Source: Candidatus Freyarchaeum deiterrae
Lineage (GTDB): Archaea > Asgardarchaeota > Jordiarchaeia > Jordiarchaeales > Jordiarchaeaceae
Direction: 5' to 3'
NCBI GenBank assembly: GCA_037305845.1
Contig: CP147778.1
Coordinates: 1,472,001 to 1,536,000, forward strand
DNA: 64,000 nt
A program made the translations under genes and the position numbers. The notes beneath the pieces are model-generated. The model saw only the letters and a program-made list of their open reading frames with translations. It ran no database searches and was not told where the DNA came from. Below are positions 20,559-30,067 of the stretch, in pieces. Every line of letters starts with the position of its first letter. Within the stretch, counting starts at the first letter, position 1.

Positions 20559-21139
20559 AGTAACTTCCCTTCTAGGAGTATTATCATAATTGATTAGCAT
20601 AAGATGAGAACGAGATAATATTCACCTTACTGCTATGCAGAATAAGCGATTACTTACTTAAACTTAAATTTTACGCATCCAGATTCAGAATATAGCTTTG
20701 AAACATTGTTTTATACTAATTTTTTACCAAAAATATCAATTTTATTTAATTCAACTCACTTTTCTTAATCGAGTTTTATTTTAATCTGTTTTGTACGCTT
20801 CTTTGACTGCTAAGGAAATAAAAAATTTTTGGCGTTTATCTTCGTTGTAACCTCGAATTCCAGTAGAAACTCATGAGAAGAACTGTAGAAATCCCAAAAA
20901 ATGGAAAAGATTGAAGAAAGATCATAAGAGACTATCCCCCTATCTTTTAGGGAATGAAACTTTCTTGTCTAAATCGTTTTAATATACAATTTATATATAT
21001 ACTTAGAAAGCAATAATTAAATCTGAATAGTATCTTAAGTCAATGCAATATATTGAAAACCTGTTTAATCCAAAATATGGAATTTGTTTCAGATATGAAT
21101 GCCCTTAATAGGACTGAAATGTTAAAGGAGGCCCACTGC

Positions 21140-21733
21140 ATGGGAGAACAAAAAGATAATGTTTCCAGAATTTACGAGGAACTTTCTGCGCTAAAAAGTA
21201 TTATGGATGATTTTGCAAAGGTTGTTGCCTCTGTTTTTAATGAAATTAAAGCCAGTATTTCGGATATTCAGGCAAACACTCAAGCTTTACAGAAGAGCAT
21301 TCAAAACTTGCAATCTGCGCTTCCACAGCAAATACGAGACTCTTTACAAACAGATCTAAACAATTTAAAAGAAGCTGTTCAATCTGCCTCAGTAAGTGCC
21401 CCACCACCTACTTCAGCCTATGCAGCTCCGGCTGCGGGGGATACTGCTTCGTCCAGAGTTGCCTACTCTGGAGCGGGTTTAAGACGCCCCGCTGACGCGT
21501 TCATGCCGTTAATTGAAGCTTTGGAAATGAGATCATCAGCTGTGGAGATTGCTGGGAAGTTGGAAGAAGCAAGAGACACACTGCAGTCCCGTTACCCTTC
21601 AAATCCAGCATTCTATGAAATCACGAAGATAGTAAAACAACTGAGGAGCAAGGGAAGCGCCAAACTGGATCGAAGTGCAACAAATGAATTAATGAAAATG
21701 ACAGAAGAGTGGAGCGGAAGAATAGTCAAGTAA
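21140..21733 (+). CDS. hypothetical protein: N-terminal coiled coil, Pro/Ala linker, helical C-terminal domain
   Basis: Long ORF, AAGGAGG RBS before ATG 21140. Confidence 0.8.
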   Translation: MGEQKDNVSRIYEELSALKSIMDDFAKVVASVFNEIKASISDIQANTQALQKSIQNLQSALPQQIRDSLQTDLNNLKEAVQSASVSAPPPTSAYAAPAAGDTASSRVAYSGAGLRRPADAFMPLIEALEMRSSAVEIAGKLEEARDTLQSRYPSNPAFYEITKIVKQLRSKGSAKLDRSATNELMKMTEEWSGRIVK

Positions 21734-21996
21734 TCTCATATCCTTTAAAAATATATAAAAAAACCTTTGTAAACTGATCTTAGAGTCTAATAAAAATTTT
21801 CTTAAAAAATGATAAGAAAAATTTTATATTTAACTACCCCATTCTACCCGTAACAAATATTAATTTAAATGTTATAGACTAGATGTTCATCAACATGAAT
21901 TCGATTAACGTTTTGCTAGGTCCAGAAATGGAGTATAATTAGCAACAGAAGCATCATTGCGAATGGTCTCACTAAAAACCTAAAGAAGGAAAGAAC

Positions 21997-22572
21997 ATGG
22001 TTAAAACAGCTTATTCAAAATTAGAAGTGGAAATCCCCACAAATGTCAATGTACAATTGAAAGACATGGTTGTAGACGTAAGTGGGCCGTTGGGATCCAC
22101 AAGCAGAGATTTTTCACACGCTAGGAATATAAGAATCTCGAAAATGGATAACAAAATTATTTTAGAAACGTCTTACCCGGATAAAAAGAAATTAGCATTA
22201 CTTGGTACAATAAAAAGCCACATAGTAAACATGATAGATGGTGTAACCCGTAAATTTAGATATGAAATGAAAATAGTCTACGCTCACTTCCCGATAACCG
22301 TTGAATACGAGTCCGCAAAAAACACATTACTGATAAAAAATTTCCTAGGTGAAAGAAGCCCCAGAAAGGCGAGTGTACTATCGGGAGTAGATGTTCGAGC
22401 TGCTGGTGATAACGTTACCCTTGAAGGTGTAGATAACGAAAGGGTTGGACAAACTGCAGCTAATATCCAAAAAGCTACCAAAATAAGAAAAAAGGATCCG
22501 AGGGTTTTCGGTGACGGTATTTACGTATATAGGAAATATATTGGCGACAAACTTGAGTGGAAAATACTTTAA
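21997..22572 (+). CDS. rpl6: ribosomal protein uL6 (inverted relative to the spc operon)
   Basis: VEIP..V, GPLG, YAHFPI, NFLGE, GQTAANI, DPRVFGDGIY. Confidence 0.97.
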   Translation: MVKTAYSKLEVEIPTNVNVQLKDMVVDVSGPLGSTSRDFSHARNIRISKMDNKIILETSYPDKKKLALLGTIKSHIVNMIDGVTRKFRYEMKIVYAHFPITVEYESAKNTLLIKNFLGERSPRKASVLSGVDVRAAGDNVTLEGVDNERVGQTAANIQKATKIRKKDPRVFGDGIYVYRKYIGDKLEWKIL

Positions 22573-22676
22573 ATTTATTTATTGTTTTTTAATTTAATAT
22601 TTTTAACAAGATTTATTATTTTCTAAATATACCATTAAAAATTAGTGCCCTGCTAAAGGGCTTTATTTTTATTTTT

Positions 22677-23078
22677 TTAATACACGTATGCGATTAGTCT
22701 ACCGCCTGTTTTTTGGGTTTTTGCCTCGTAGTGTGACATAACCCCATTTGGAGTTGACACTATTAGTACTCCAAAGTCTGGAGCGGGTAGATACTGAAAT
22801 TCCATTTTTTCGAAGTCTTTGTTTTTTACTGGGAATCGAGGTTTTATTACTCCACATTTATTTATTCTTCCAAGAAGTTGGACTCGGAATTTGCCGGCAC
22901 GCCCGTCATCTATGTACTCAAACTCCCCGATGTATCCCTGTTTTTGCATTACTCGGAGGACGCTTCCAATAAGTTTGGAAGCGATATTTATAGTCACTTC
23001 CCTTTTTCCTACGCTTTCACTATTACTTATGCTACAAAGGGCGCCCGCGACTGGATCATTTCTAGTCAAGCATTCCAC
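22677..23078 (-). CDS. rps8: ribosomal protein uS8
   Basis: [37 protein letters not shown]. Confidence 0.97.
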   Translation of the reverse strand: MECLTRNDPVAGALCSISNSESVGKREVTINIASKLIGSVLRVMQKQGYIGEFEYIDDGRAGKFRVQLLGRINKCGVIKPRFPVKNKDFEKMEFQYLPAPDFGVLIVSTPNGVMSHYEAKTQKTGGRLIAYVY

Positions 23079-23087
23079 CTCTTATAT

Positions 23088-23234
23088 TCAATTATACTTT
23101 TTGAAGCCAATTTGTACAGCCTTTTCTCTGAAGCATCTTCTGCAAATATACAAGTTGTATCGCCTTATTATAGCTCTGTGGGTGCCACAGACTTTGCAAA
23201 CACGGCTGCCTCTACCAAATTTTTTCTTTGACAT
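23088..23234 (-). CDS. rps14: ribosomal protein uS14 (48 aa, below ORF-track cutoff)
   Basis: [17 protein letters not shown]...[14 protein letters not shown] read from the sequence. Confidence 0.96.
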   Translation of the reverse strand: MSKKKFGRGSRVCKVCGTHRAIIRRYNLYICRRCFREKAVQIGFKKYN

Positions 23235-23237
23235 GAT

Positions 23238-23813
23238 CTAATAGCTCTCCTCTTGCTCTTCTTTGAAGGAAACCCCGAACTCTTCTTCCATGAAAGTTAT
23301 TGTTTCCTCTTTAGTTACTTGATGTGAATGAGGAATCCTTCTACGCAAAAGTCTCCTTCTTTTAACCCTATATCCTGGGCGTTGCATAGCGACACAGATA
23401 TCCATACCGAATATACCTAGTTGTGGATCGTATCGAACTCCGGGAATCTCTATGTGCTCGGTGAGCCCAAAGGAGAAGTTTCCCATATTATCTATGGAGT
23501 TGGGGTCAAGCTTCATTTCCACGACTTCCAAAACTTTTCTTAAGAATTCTTTGGCCTTTTCGCCCCTAAGAGTTACCTTGCATGATATGGGTTCCCCTTT
23601 TCTTAATCCCCAGTCACGAATAGTTTTCTTAGATTTACATTGTACTGGTTTTTGTCCTGTTAAGCTTTCTAATACAGTGTTGGCTTTGACCAGTTTTTCT
23701 CCGCTACTACCTACCGCTAGATTGACCACTACTTTCTCAATGCGTGGTTTTCGCATCGGATATTCTACCCAATGTTTTAAAATTTGCTCTTTATCAATCG
23801 TCTCTTCGCTCAA
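23238..23813 (-). CDS. rpl5: ribosomal protein uL5
   Basis: KVVVN, TGQKP, KVTLRG, GNFSFG, YDP.LGIFG. Confidence 0.97.
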   Translation of the reverse strand: MSEETIDKEQILKHWVEYPMRKPRIEKVVVNLAVGSSGEKLVKANTVLESLTGQKPVQCKSKKTIRDWGLRKGEPISCKVTLRGEKAKEFLRKVLEVVEMKLDPNSIDNMGNFSFGLTEHIEIPGVRYDPQLGIFGMDICVAMQRPGYRVKRRRLLRRRIPHSHQVTKEETITFMEEEFGVSFKEEQEESY

Positions 23814-23817
23814 AGTA

Positions 23818-24588
23818 TTAACTCTCCAGTGCTTTTTCTACAAGTTGAATTTCGGGTTTGCTTTCTCCCACAGGGAACACATAATCTAATGCGGTTTCGA
23901 AGATAGTACCATCCGGTGCTTCTAATGAAACCACGCTGGCGTGGGGCCCAAAACGTGGGATTATTTCCTTTATTTTTCCCTGAAATCCCATATTTTTGCC
24001 AGCAATTACAATAGCGAAATTCTTCTCCTTAAACGGAATGTGCCCGATTATTTCTTGATCCGGTATAGAAAGTTTTAATGCATCTCGTGTTTTATAGGGG
24101 ACTAACTCACTGGGAGATGCTTTGGGATTTTCCGTTCGGATTAGTATATTGCGTCCATCATGTAGATTTATTTGCAAATGGCCTCCCTTGACAGTGACCT
24201 TATTTGTTATTTGGCATAGTTTATAAGAGGCTTCTTCATTTCCAATGGGAATAGGTCTCAATCCCTTTTTCGATACGGGTAGTATACGATAAAATTGGTT
24301 TAGTTTGGGAATTTCAATTACATCCATCAGACCGACAGGAAACCTGTGGTCACGTCTAACTTGCCCATCAACCTTTATGTTTCCCTCTGAAAGGATAAGT
24401 TTCGCCTCACTAGATGTGTTACTGTATTGCAGAATTTCGCGAATCAGTATCATGAGAGGTAAACTTTCACTAGCACTATGTGGTCCTGCCCTAGGTTTGA
24501 CAACCCACTTGGTTTCCTTTCTGTGAATTGGCCATATTTTTGGCGCTGATATTCTTTTCTGCTGTTTTCTTCCACCATGTTTACCCAA
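23818..24588 (-). CDS. rps4e: ribosomal protein eS4
   Basis: GPH, VDG.VRRD..FPVGLMDVI, LHDGRN. Confidence 0.97.
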   Translation of the reverse strand: MGKHGGRKQQKRISAPKIWPIHRKETKWVVKPRAGPHSASESLPLMILIREILQYSNTSSEAKLILSEGNIKVDGQVRRDHRFPVGLMDVIEIPKLNQFYRILPVSKKGLRPIPIGNEEASYKLCQITNKVTVKGGHLQINLHDGRNILIRTENPKASPSELVPYKTRDALKLSIPDQEIIGHIPFKEKNFAIVIAGKNMGFQGKIKEIIPRFGPHASVVSLEAPDGTIFETALDYVFPVGESKPEIQLVEKALES

Positions 24589-24589
24589 A

Positions 24590-24964
24590 CTAATCTACCT
24601 CTGCGGCTCCTGTTTTTCGTTTAATAATCTCTTTTCTTCTTTTGTCGTCTAGTTTAAGTTTGCCAATCATTACCTTGGAAGGGTGTATAGGATAAAAAAT
24701 CGTTTTGCCATCAGCTTTTTCTATGGTGGCTCCGGCTATCTGCACTCGATAGTTTTTTGTATCAATCTTTTCTATTTTGCCTTCCAAACCAGAGTATGAA
24801 CCAGACGTGACGACAACTTCGTCCTCTTTACGGAGAGGCATAGAAGTTATTCCGTATTTTGCTTTCAAATCTGGCGTCAAGGCTGCACTAACAGTTTTTC
24901 TCCTCTTATGAAGAGGAGCTGTGTAAGCCCTTTTTCTTTGGGTTCTTGGTTTTTTCGATTTCAC
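24590..24964 (-). CDS. rpl24: ribosomal protein uL24
   Basis: QRK..YTAPLH, PIHPSKV. Confidence 0.96.
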   Translation of the reverse strand: MKSKKPRTQRKRAYTAPLHKRRKTVSAALTPDLKAKYGITSMPLRKEDEVVVTSGSYSGLEGKIEKIDTKNYRVQIAGATIEKADGKTIFYPIHPSKVMIGKLKLDDKRRKEIIKRKTGAAEVD

Positions 24965-24986
24965 TGCCTTTAACTTCCTATAAGCT

Positions 24987-25412
24987 TTATACGATCATGC
25001 TTGCGACACCAGCCAAGCGTGACCAACGCTCCGCAGCCTCTTTAGCGATTGGCCCTCTAATTTCTGTGCCTTTAGGTTGACCATCTGGGCTGGTTATTAC
25101 TGCAGCGTTATCTTCGAATTGTACCCAATCACCATTTGGTCTGCGGAATGGTTTCTTTTGTCTTACAACTATTGCTCTTAATACCTGCCGCCGCATGTCA
25201 GGAGTTCCCTTCTTAACTGAGACCACGGTCATATCGCCAACTGTAGCAGCGGGTAACCTATTCAGTCGCCCCTTATATCCGATTACGTCAATTATTTCCA
25301 CTATCTTTGCGCCAGAATTATCAGCGCAAGGTACTTTTGCACCTACGTTTAATCCTCTAGATAGATCGGGAATGAATAATGCGCCTACTTTTCCACGGCC
25401 TCTTTTAGGCAT
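24987..25412 (-). CDS. rpl14: ribosomal protein uL14
   Basis: [28 protein letters not shown]. Confidence 0.97.
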   Translation of the reverse strand: MPKRGRGKVGALFIPDLSRGLNVGAKVPCADNSGAKIVEIIDVIGYKGRLNRLPAATVGDMTVVSVKKGTPDMRRQVLRAIVVRQKKPFRRPNGDWVQFEDNAAVITSPDGQPKGTEIRGPIAKEAAERWSRLAGVASMIV

Positions 25413-25742
25413 TTATTTTTCCTCCTTTTTCTCTACAACTATAAATGAAACCGTTTTGCTTATTCGGCGGCACTCCATAAATTTCACTAAATCTCCAACT
25501 TTAACATCAATACAAGGAGGTTTGTGAGCGGGAGTGTGTGAATGTCTACGTTCATATCTATGGAACTTTCTAATATACCAGAGATAATCACGTCTGACTA
25601 TTACGGTGTCTTTCATCTTATCCGTGACGACTAACCCCTCGAAAAGCCTTCCTCGGACTGATATTTTCCCGTGGAAAGGACAATGTTCATCATCGCACTT
25701 GTTTTTTGGAGGGGTAACTTCTATTCCTATATTTCTTGACAT
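25413..25742 (-). CDS. rps17: ribosomal protein uS17
   Basis: CPFHG, RYERR, ECRRISKT. Confidence 0.97.
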   Translation of the reverse strand: MSRNIGIEVTPPKNKCDDEHCPFHGKISVRGRLFEGLVVTDKMKDTVIVRRDYLWYIRKFHRYERRHSHTPAHKPPCIDVKVGDLVKFMECRRISKTVSFIVVEKKEEK

Positions 25743-25841
25743 TACGATTCCTCTATATTGAGTTCATTTTTTACAAAATCGGTAAGAGCAATAGTCTAAG
25801 TTAACACATATTTTATGGATGAACCGATTTTTCGAGATTAT

Positions 25842-26144
25842 TTAAAAGTTTTGTGGACTTTTAATTTTATATATGTTTTTTGTACGATCCTCCGGTCTTC
25901 CTATGATTTTTTTACCTTCAACTTCTATTGCCGAACCATCGGAAAGTACGAATTCAAAGGTTGATACGCTTTTCGGAATTTTTTTTATCCCGTTACTTTC
26001 TATAACAATTATGTTTTTTGTTTCATCAATAACTATTCCACTAATTAAATAACCTTTGTGTGTACTCTTAACTACTCTAACTGGTAATCCAATTAATTCA
26101 TGGTATATTATGTTTTCCCTTGTTCTTTTTTTTGAAGGTTTCAT
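25842..26144 (-). CDS. rnp1: RNase P protein component 1 (Rpp29)
   Basis: HELIGL, G.VIDETKN, GRPEDR. Confidence 0.93.
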   Translation of the reverse strand: MKPSKKRTRENIIYHELIGLPVRVVKSTHKGYLISGIVIDETKNIIVIESNGIKKIPKSVSTFEFVLSDGSAIEVEGKKIIGRPEDRTKNIYKIKSPQNF

Positions 26145-26184
26145 ATGTTTTGTTAATTTTCTTGCTTAATAAAAGTTTCAAACA

Positions 26185-26397
26185 CTATTTTTCTTTTTCA
26201 GGTTTTTTCTCATTAGTTACTGTAAGAATTCTTGCTATTGTTCTTCTAATCTCTTTGATTCTACCCGGATTTTCGATTGCACCACCCGAAGCTTGTAAAG
26301 CCCTCTGTGCTAACAGCTCAGATCTGTACTCATCCAGTTTCTTCCCTAGCTCTTCCGGGGTCCATTTTCTAACATCCTTCATTCTGACTACGGGCAT
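26185..26397 (-). CDS. rpl29: ribosomal protein uL29
   Basis: ENPGRIKEIRRTIARILT. Confidence 0.96.
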   Translation of the reverse strand: MPVVRMKDVRKWTPEELGKKLDEYRSELLAQRALQASGGAIENPGRIKEIRRTIARILTVTNEKKPEKEK

Positions 26398-26428
26398 TTC
26401 TATACCTCAATTATATTATTTTTAGATT

Positions 26429-27094
26429 CTACTCCCCGCCTTCCGCGCCTTCTCCCTCTGCTTTTACTTCCGCCTCATGTTCACCCTCAGCAGTCCCCTC
26501 AGGTTCCACAATTTCTATATCATCCGGTAAATGTGAATTGGGAAGCATTATACTGACGTGTACACCAGTTATTCCTGGTTTACTCAAAGCGTGGGCAACG
26601 GCATCGTCAACAAATAGAAGCGCCGGCTCACCAGTTTTTGAAATGAATCCATCCCTAAATTTTTGGTATTTTGCGCGCTGACTTGTAAGTTTTCCACTAA
26701 CCTTTATTTCAACACCCTTGGCACCAGCTGCCATTACTCTTCTAAGAATTGAGTATGCGGCTCTTCTGAAGTGAATTCCTCTTTCCAAGGCGGATGCTAG
26801 ACGTGTTGCCATTACACGGGCATTAAGTTCCGGTTTTTCGATTTCATTAACTTCGATTTGAGGGTTCTCAACTCCAAATTTACTTTCTAAAGCTTCGGTA
26901 AGGTCTCTCACAGTACGTCCTCTTCTTCCAATAACTAAACCGGGACGTGCTGCATGAATTATTACCCGTGTCCCTAGAGCGGTCTTTTGAATATCCACCT
27001 TTCCATACCCAGCCTTCTTAAGCTCATTGGCCAAGTAGTCATCTATTTCCGCCTTTCTTATTCCTCTTTCAATAAAATGATCCTTTGCTGGCAT
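26429..27094 (-). CDS. rps3: ribosomal protein uS3
   Basis: RPGLVIGRRG KH motif, FRRAAY, GAKGVEI..SGKL. Confidence 0.97.
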   Translation of the reverse strand: MPAKDHFIERGIRKAEIDDYLANELKKAGYGKVDIQKTALGTRVIIHAARPGLVIGRRGRTVRDLTEALESKFGVENPQIEVNEIEKPELNARVMATRLASALERGIHFRRAAYSILRRVMAAGAKGVEIKVSGKLTSQRAKYQKFRDGFISKTGEPALLFVDDAVAHALSKPGITGVHVSIMLPNSHLPDDIEIVEPEGTAEGEHEAEVKAEGEGAEGGE

Positions 27095-27108
27095 TATGCT
27101 CCTTCCAA

Positions 27109-27594
27109 TTACTCTTCAGCTGATATTCTTTCTTCTTCAAGAACAATTTCGACATGAGTTAAATTTCTGTATTTGGGTGATGTTCTTCCAAAAGCACGCG
27201 GCATAGCTCGCTTAATTATGCGTCCGTGTTCAGTCGCCGCATGAATGATACGTAAACTATCGGTGTCCAAGCCCTTGTAGCTTGCAATTCCCTCAACATT
27301 ATCGAGAATTTTTAATATAGCCCGGGCAGCCTTTACGGGATAACCTCCAGTATGCCATTTATGGAGACCCTTGTGATGCGCCCTTAGTTTATTGTATCTC
27401 TTAAAGGGAACCATCTGCTTCATTTCGATGACTGCTTCTAAATATTCCTTTGCGTCATCTAGCATCTTACCCTTGATGCTAAGGCATATTTCGCGTGCAT
27501 GTTTTGGCGAAATTCGAAGATCACGCCCACTGCCTTTCGCAGTACGAGCGGGATCCAGTCCAAACACCGAATATCCAAAGTTAGGCATCCGCAC
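27109..27594 (-). CDS. rpl22: ribosomal protein uL22
   Basis: ISPKHAREIC, VPFKR, GYP.KA, PRAFGR. Confidence 0.97.
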   Translation of the reverse strand: MRMPNFGYSVFGLDPARTAKGSGRDLRISPKHAREICLSIKGKMLDDAKEYLEAVIEMKQMVPFKRYNKLRAHHKGLHKWHTGGYPVKAARAILKILDNVEGIASYKGLDTDSLRIIHAATEHGRIIKRAMPRAFGRTSPKYRNLTHVEIVLEEERISAEE

Positions 27595-27856
27595 ACACCT
27601 ATATACTCATGTGAGTTATATCCACACTAAGCGACGTATAAAAACGTTTTGCTTTTATAATAATCCGATAGCTTGTAGCAACCAGTTTTAAAGGGTAATC
27701 TAATAATTTTCAAGTTTTTTTATCAGTAAACCTTTTAGACCTTATTTACATATAAAATCAAATGAAGTTTATTTATTGATTCAAGATTAAGTTAATTATT
27801 GCTTAATGTCTTGATTCTTAATTCAACGTGTCTAAAATTGTAATGGAGGAAATGAA

Positions 27857-28288
27857 TTGAGTGGTATTGCAGTTGGTGATTTCTTTAAAGAGCTATCAGC
27901 TCTTCTCGGATCGCGGGTTGAAGTTAACACCGAAATCGGAAAATCTTACAATGGTATCCTCAAAGGATTTGACAGAACCACACTCAGTATAGTATTAGCG
28001 GAAGCTAAGGATAATAAAGGAACTTATTATCACCGCATATTTATACGAGGCGAAAAGATCAATGAAATAATAAAAGCAGAGGAACCCTTTGACATGAAAG
28101 GACTTTATTTTGAACTCAGAAAAAGTTACCCCCCTGGGGAAGTAGAGTTTTTAGAAGACAGCCGAATTATACTTGTTCTAAAGAAGATAAGAGTAACCGA
28201 GGACGGGGTTGAAGGAGAGGGGCCCCTAGCAGACAGGATAAGACAGGTATATGACAAATATATTCAAGAGAAAAAACCAAAGCAGTAA
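27857..28288 (+). CDS. Lsm/Sm-like RNA-binding protein with C-terminal domain (SmAP3-like)
   Basis: Sm1 GKSYNGILKGFD..LSIVL, Sm2 IFIRG; extended C-terminus. Confidence 0.85.
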   Translation: MSGIAVGDFFKELSALLGSRVEVNTEIGKSYNGILKGFDRTTLSIVLAEAKDNKGTYYHRIFIRGEKINEIIKAEEPFDMKGLYFELRKSYPPGEVEFLEDSRIILVLKKIRVTEDGVEGEGPLADRIRQVYDKYIQEKKPKQ

Positions 28289-28389
28289 CCAACCAATTTT
28301 TTCTATTCGTAGCAAAGACACAACAGTAGGGTGAACTTTGGTTCGTATGTAGCATAATGACCCGTTGCAAAAGGTACTCATAGTGTTTT

Positions 28390-28739
28390 CTATTCTACCT
28401 TAAGTGGAAACGTGTAAATTCTACATAGAGCCACTGCTTTCCAAGGGTCCAGCAACCCCTGCTTCTGTTGATAATCTTTTCTTGCCTTTTCTTCCCTCGC
28501 TTCAATGCAACTTTTGCACCGAGGATGCCTCGGATCGATTAGCCCAGCCTGCGGCTGTGTGGCCCTTCACATGAAGCGCAGTGAAGCATTAGAACAGGCA
28601 GATTTTCACTGATTTCTATGCGAAAATACTCGTTGCCATCAAACTCATCCTTAAAATCGGGCCAAATTCCGTAAAGATTCTGAGACTCAAGAACTTCTTT
28701 TAAACGAATGAATATTTTTTCGAAACTCGTCATCTCCAT
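28390..28739 (-). CDS. small Cys-rich conserved protein (109 aa), split by a 20-nt BHB intron; exons 28739..28559 + 28538..28390
   Basis: Spliced product ...LHCASCEGPL DPRHPRCKSCIEARE...WKAVALCRIYTFPLKVE*; the unspliced frame stops inside the intron. Confidence 0.8.
28539..28558 (-). other. BHB-type mRNA intron (20 nt)
   Basis: GGCC-AC|A-CAGCC-GCA-GGCTG-GGCT-AA|T. Confidence 0.82.
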
Positions 28740-28989
28740 ACACCACTCATAATTTCTCGATACTCCTAACTTTTAAAGACAAAAAATTTCTGAGAATTAA
28801 TGGAGGAAGCTCTTTACACTTTGATCATGAGCCTTATCAATTCTTTAAGAGCTCTATCCAAATACCTCCGGTAATTTACTATTCTTGGTTTAGAATTAGT
28901 TTAATTTAAATTCTAGTAATATCTAAGATAGATTCCTCAACGTTTTCCAGATTGTAGACGATACAAAAAGCCCTTGCCGCTTTTTTAAA

Positions 28990-29640
28990 CTATTTTTCTT
29001 TGCAGAATTTTTGGATATATTCAACAGCGTATTCCAATGCTTGATCCAAATCTTTTTCGCTTATTCCAGGAACCCCGCAGGACATTAAAATAATTTTTTG
29101 GGTTTTTAGAGTTATTTTCGTATCGTCAGAATCGCGATAGGGATAAACAGCTACAAGCCGGTTATCATCAGACACAACTATTTCGCCCCCATTGAGACTT
29201 TTTGGTTTCTCCATCCCTATGCCTAGGAACATCTCGCCAACAATTGAAAATCGCATAGTTAAACTGCCAACAACAGTATCCACGTCAAATGCTGCAATTG
29301 GTACTCCGCTCGTTATAGATGCTAAATTGTAGGCGTCAACAGCAGTATTTATCTTTGGAATAGGGTTTTCTTGGAGAATCCGTCTAATTAGAGCCTCAGA
29401 AGCGGGGCGGATTTTTGTGGGGTCGATGCCTATTTTCCAGAAGAAATCCCGGTATTTCCGCATCTTCTCATCATTTTTTAGACTCTCAAGATCGTATTTC
29501 CCTTTTATCTTCGAAAAAACCGATTTTTTGAATTCTTCAAGTTCACTTTTATCCCTCTCTATACGCACCCCATCAACCACCACAATTTTTGCGTTTAAAT
29601 CGGGAAACCTTTCTCTAATCTCTTCGTCGATAACAAGCAT
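28990..29640 (-). CDS. stand-alone B3/B4 domain protein (PheRS-beta editing-like)
   Basis: YRDFFW.IGIDPTK.RPASEAL.RR, INT.VDAYN, YPYRD. Confidence 0.9.
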   Translation of the reverse strand: MLVIDEEIRERFPDLNAKIVVVDGVRIERDKSELEEFKKSVFSKIKGKYDLESLKNDEKMRKYRDFFWKIGIDPTKIRPASEALIRRILQENPIPKINTAVDAYNLASITSGVPIAAFDVDTVVGSLTMRFSIVGEMFLGIGMEKPKSLNGGEIVVSDDNRLVAVYPYRDSDDTKITLKTQKIILMSCGVPGISEKDLDQALEYAVEYIQKFCKEK

Positions 29641-29689
29641 GTTAATCCCCTGCGAGAAAAAGGTAATTAAAAAATTTCAAAAGTTTTAG

Positions 29690-29840
29690 TGGTGGGCAGG
29701 AGAGGAACTTCCGCATATCACAGGAAGTGATACGCTTTTGAACCCCTTTAAGGAACACTTAAACTGTGTTTGACCTCCTGAGCCCAAGTCAGGAATCATA
29801 CCAAGTTTTCCGCTACACATTAGCTCTAGACTACCTGCCC
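29690..29840 (-). tRNA. tRNA-Pro(TGG) with three introns (29806..29825 D-loop, 29748..29771 variable/T-stem junction, 29707..29736 T-loop 59/60)
   Basis: GGGCAGG/CCTGCCC acceptor, CCTGA-CTTGGGC-TCAGG arm, encoded CCA; 77 nt after splicing. Confidence 0.9.
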
Positions 29841-30067
29841 ACTGGACTTTTTACTTTTCTTTGAAAGGGTAGTTAGAATTTTTTGTGGTATGTTTCTATT
29901 CTACGTGAAGTGTTTAAAAAGATTACTTTTATTAAAGCTTACTGAGTGTTTAAGAGTTATATTAAAATGAGAACCTATGGTTAAATTATCGTCAATAGTC
30001 CTTGACATATTAACGGTATAATAAGAATATTACAAATTAAACATTGATTAACTAAGGGGAAGAGTAA

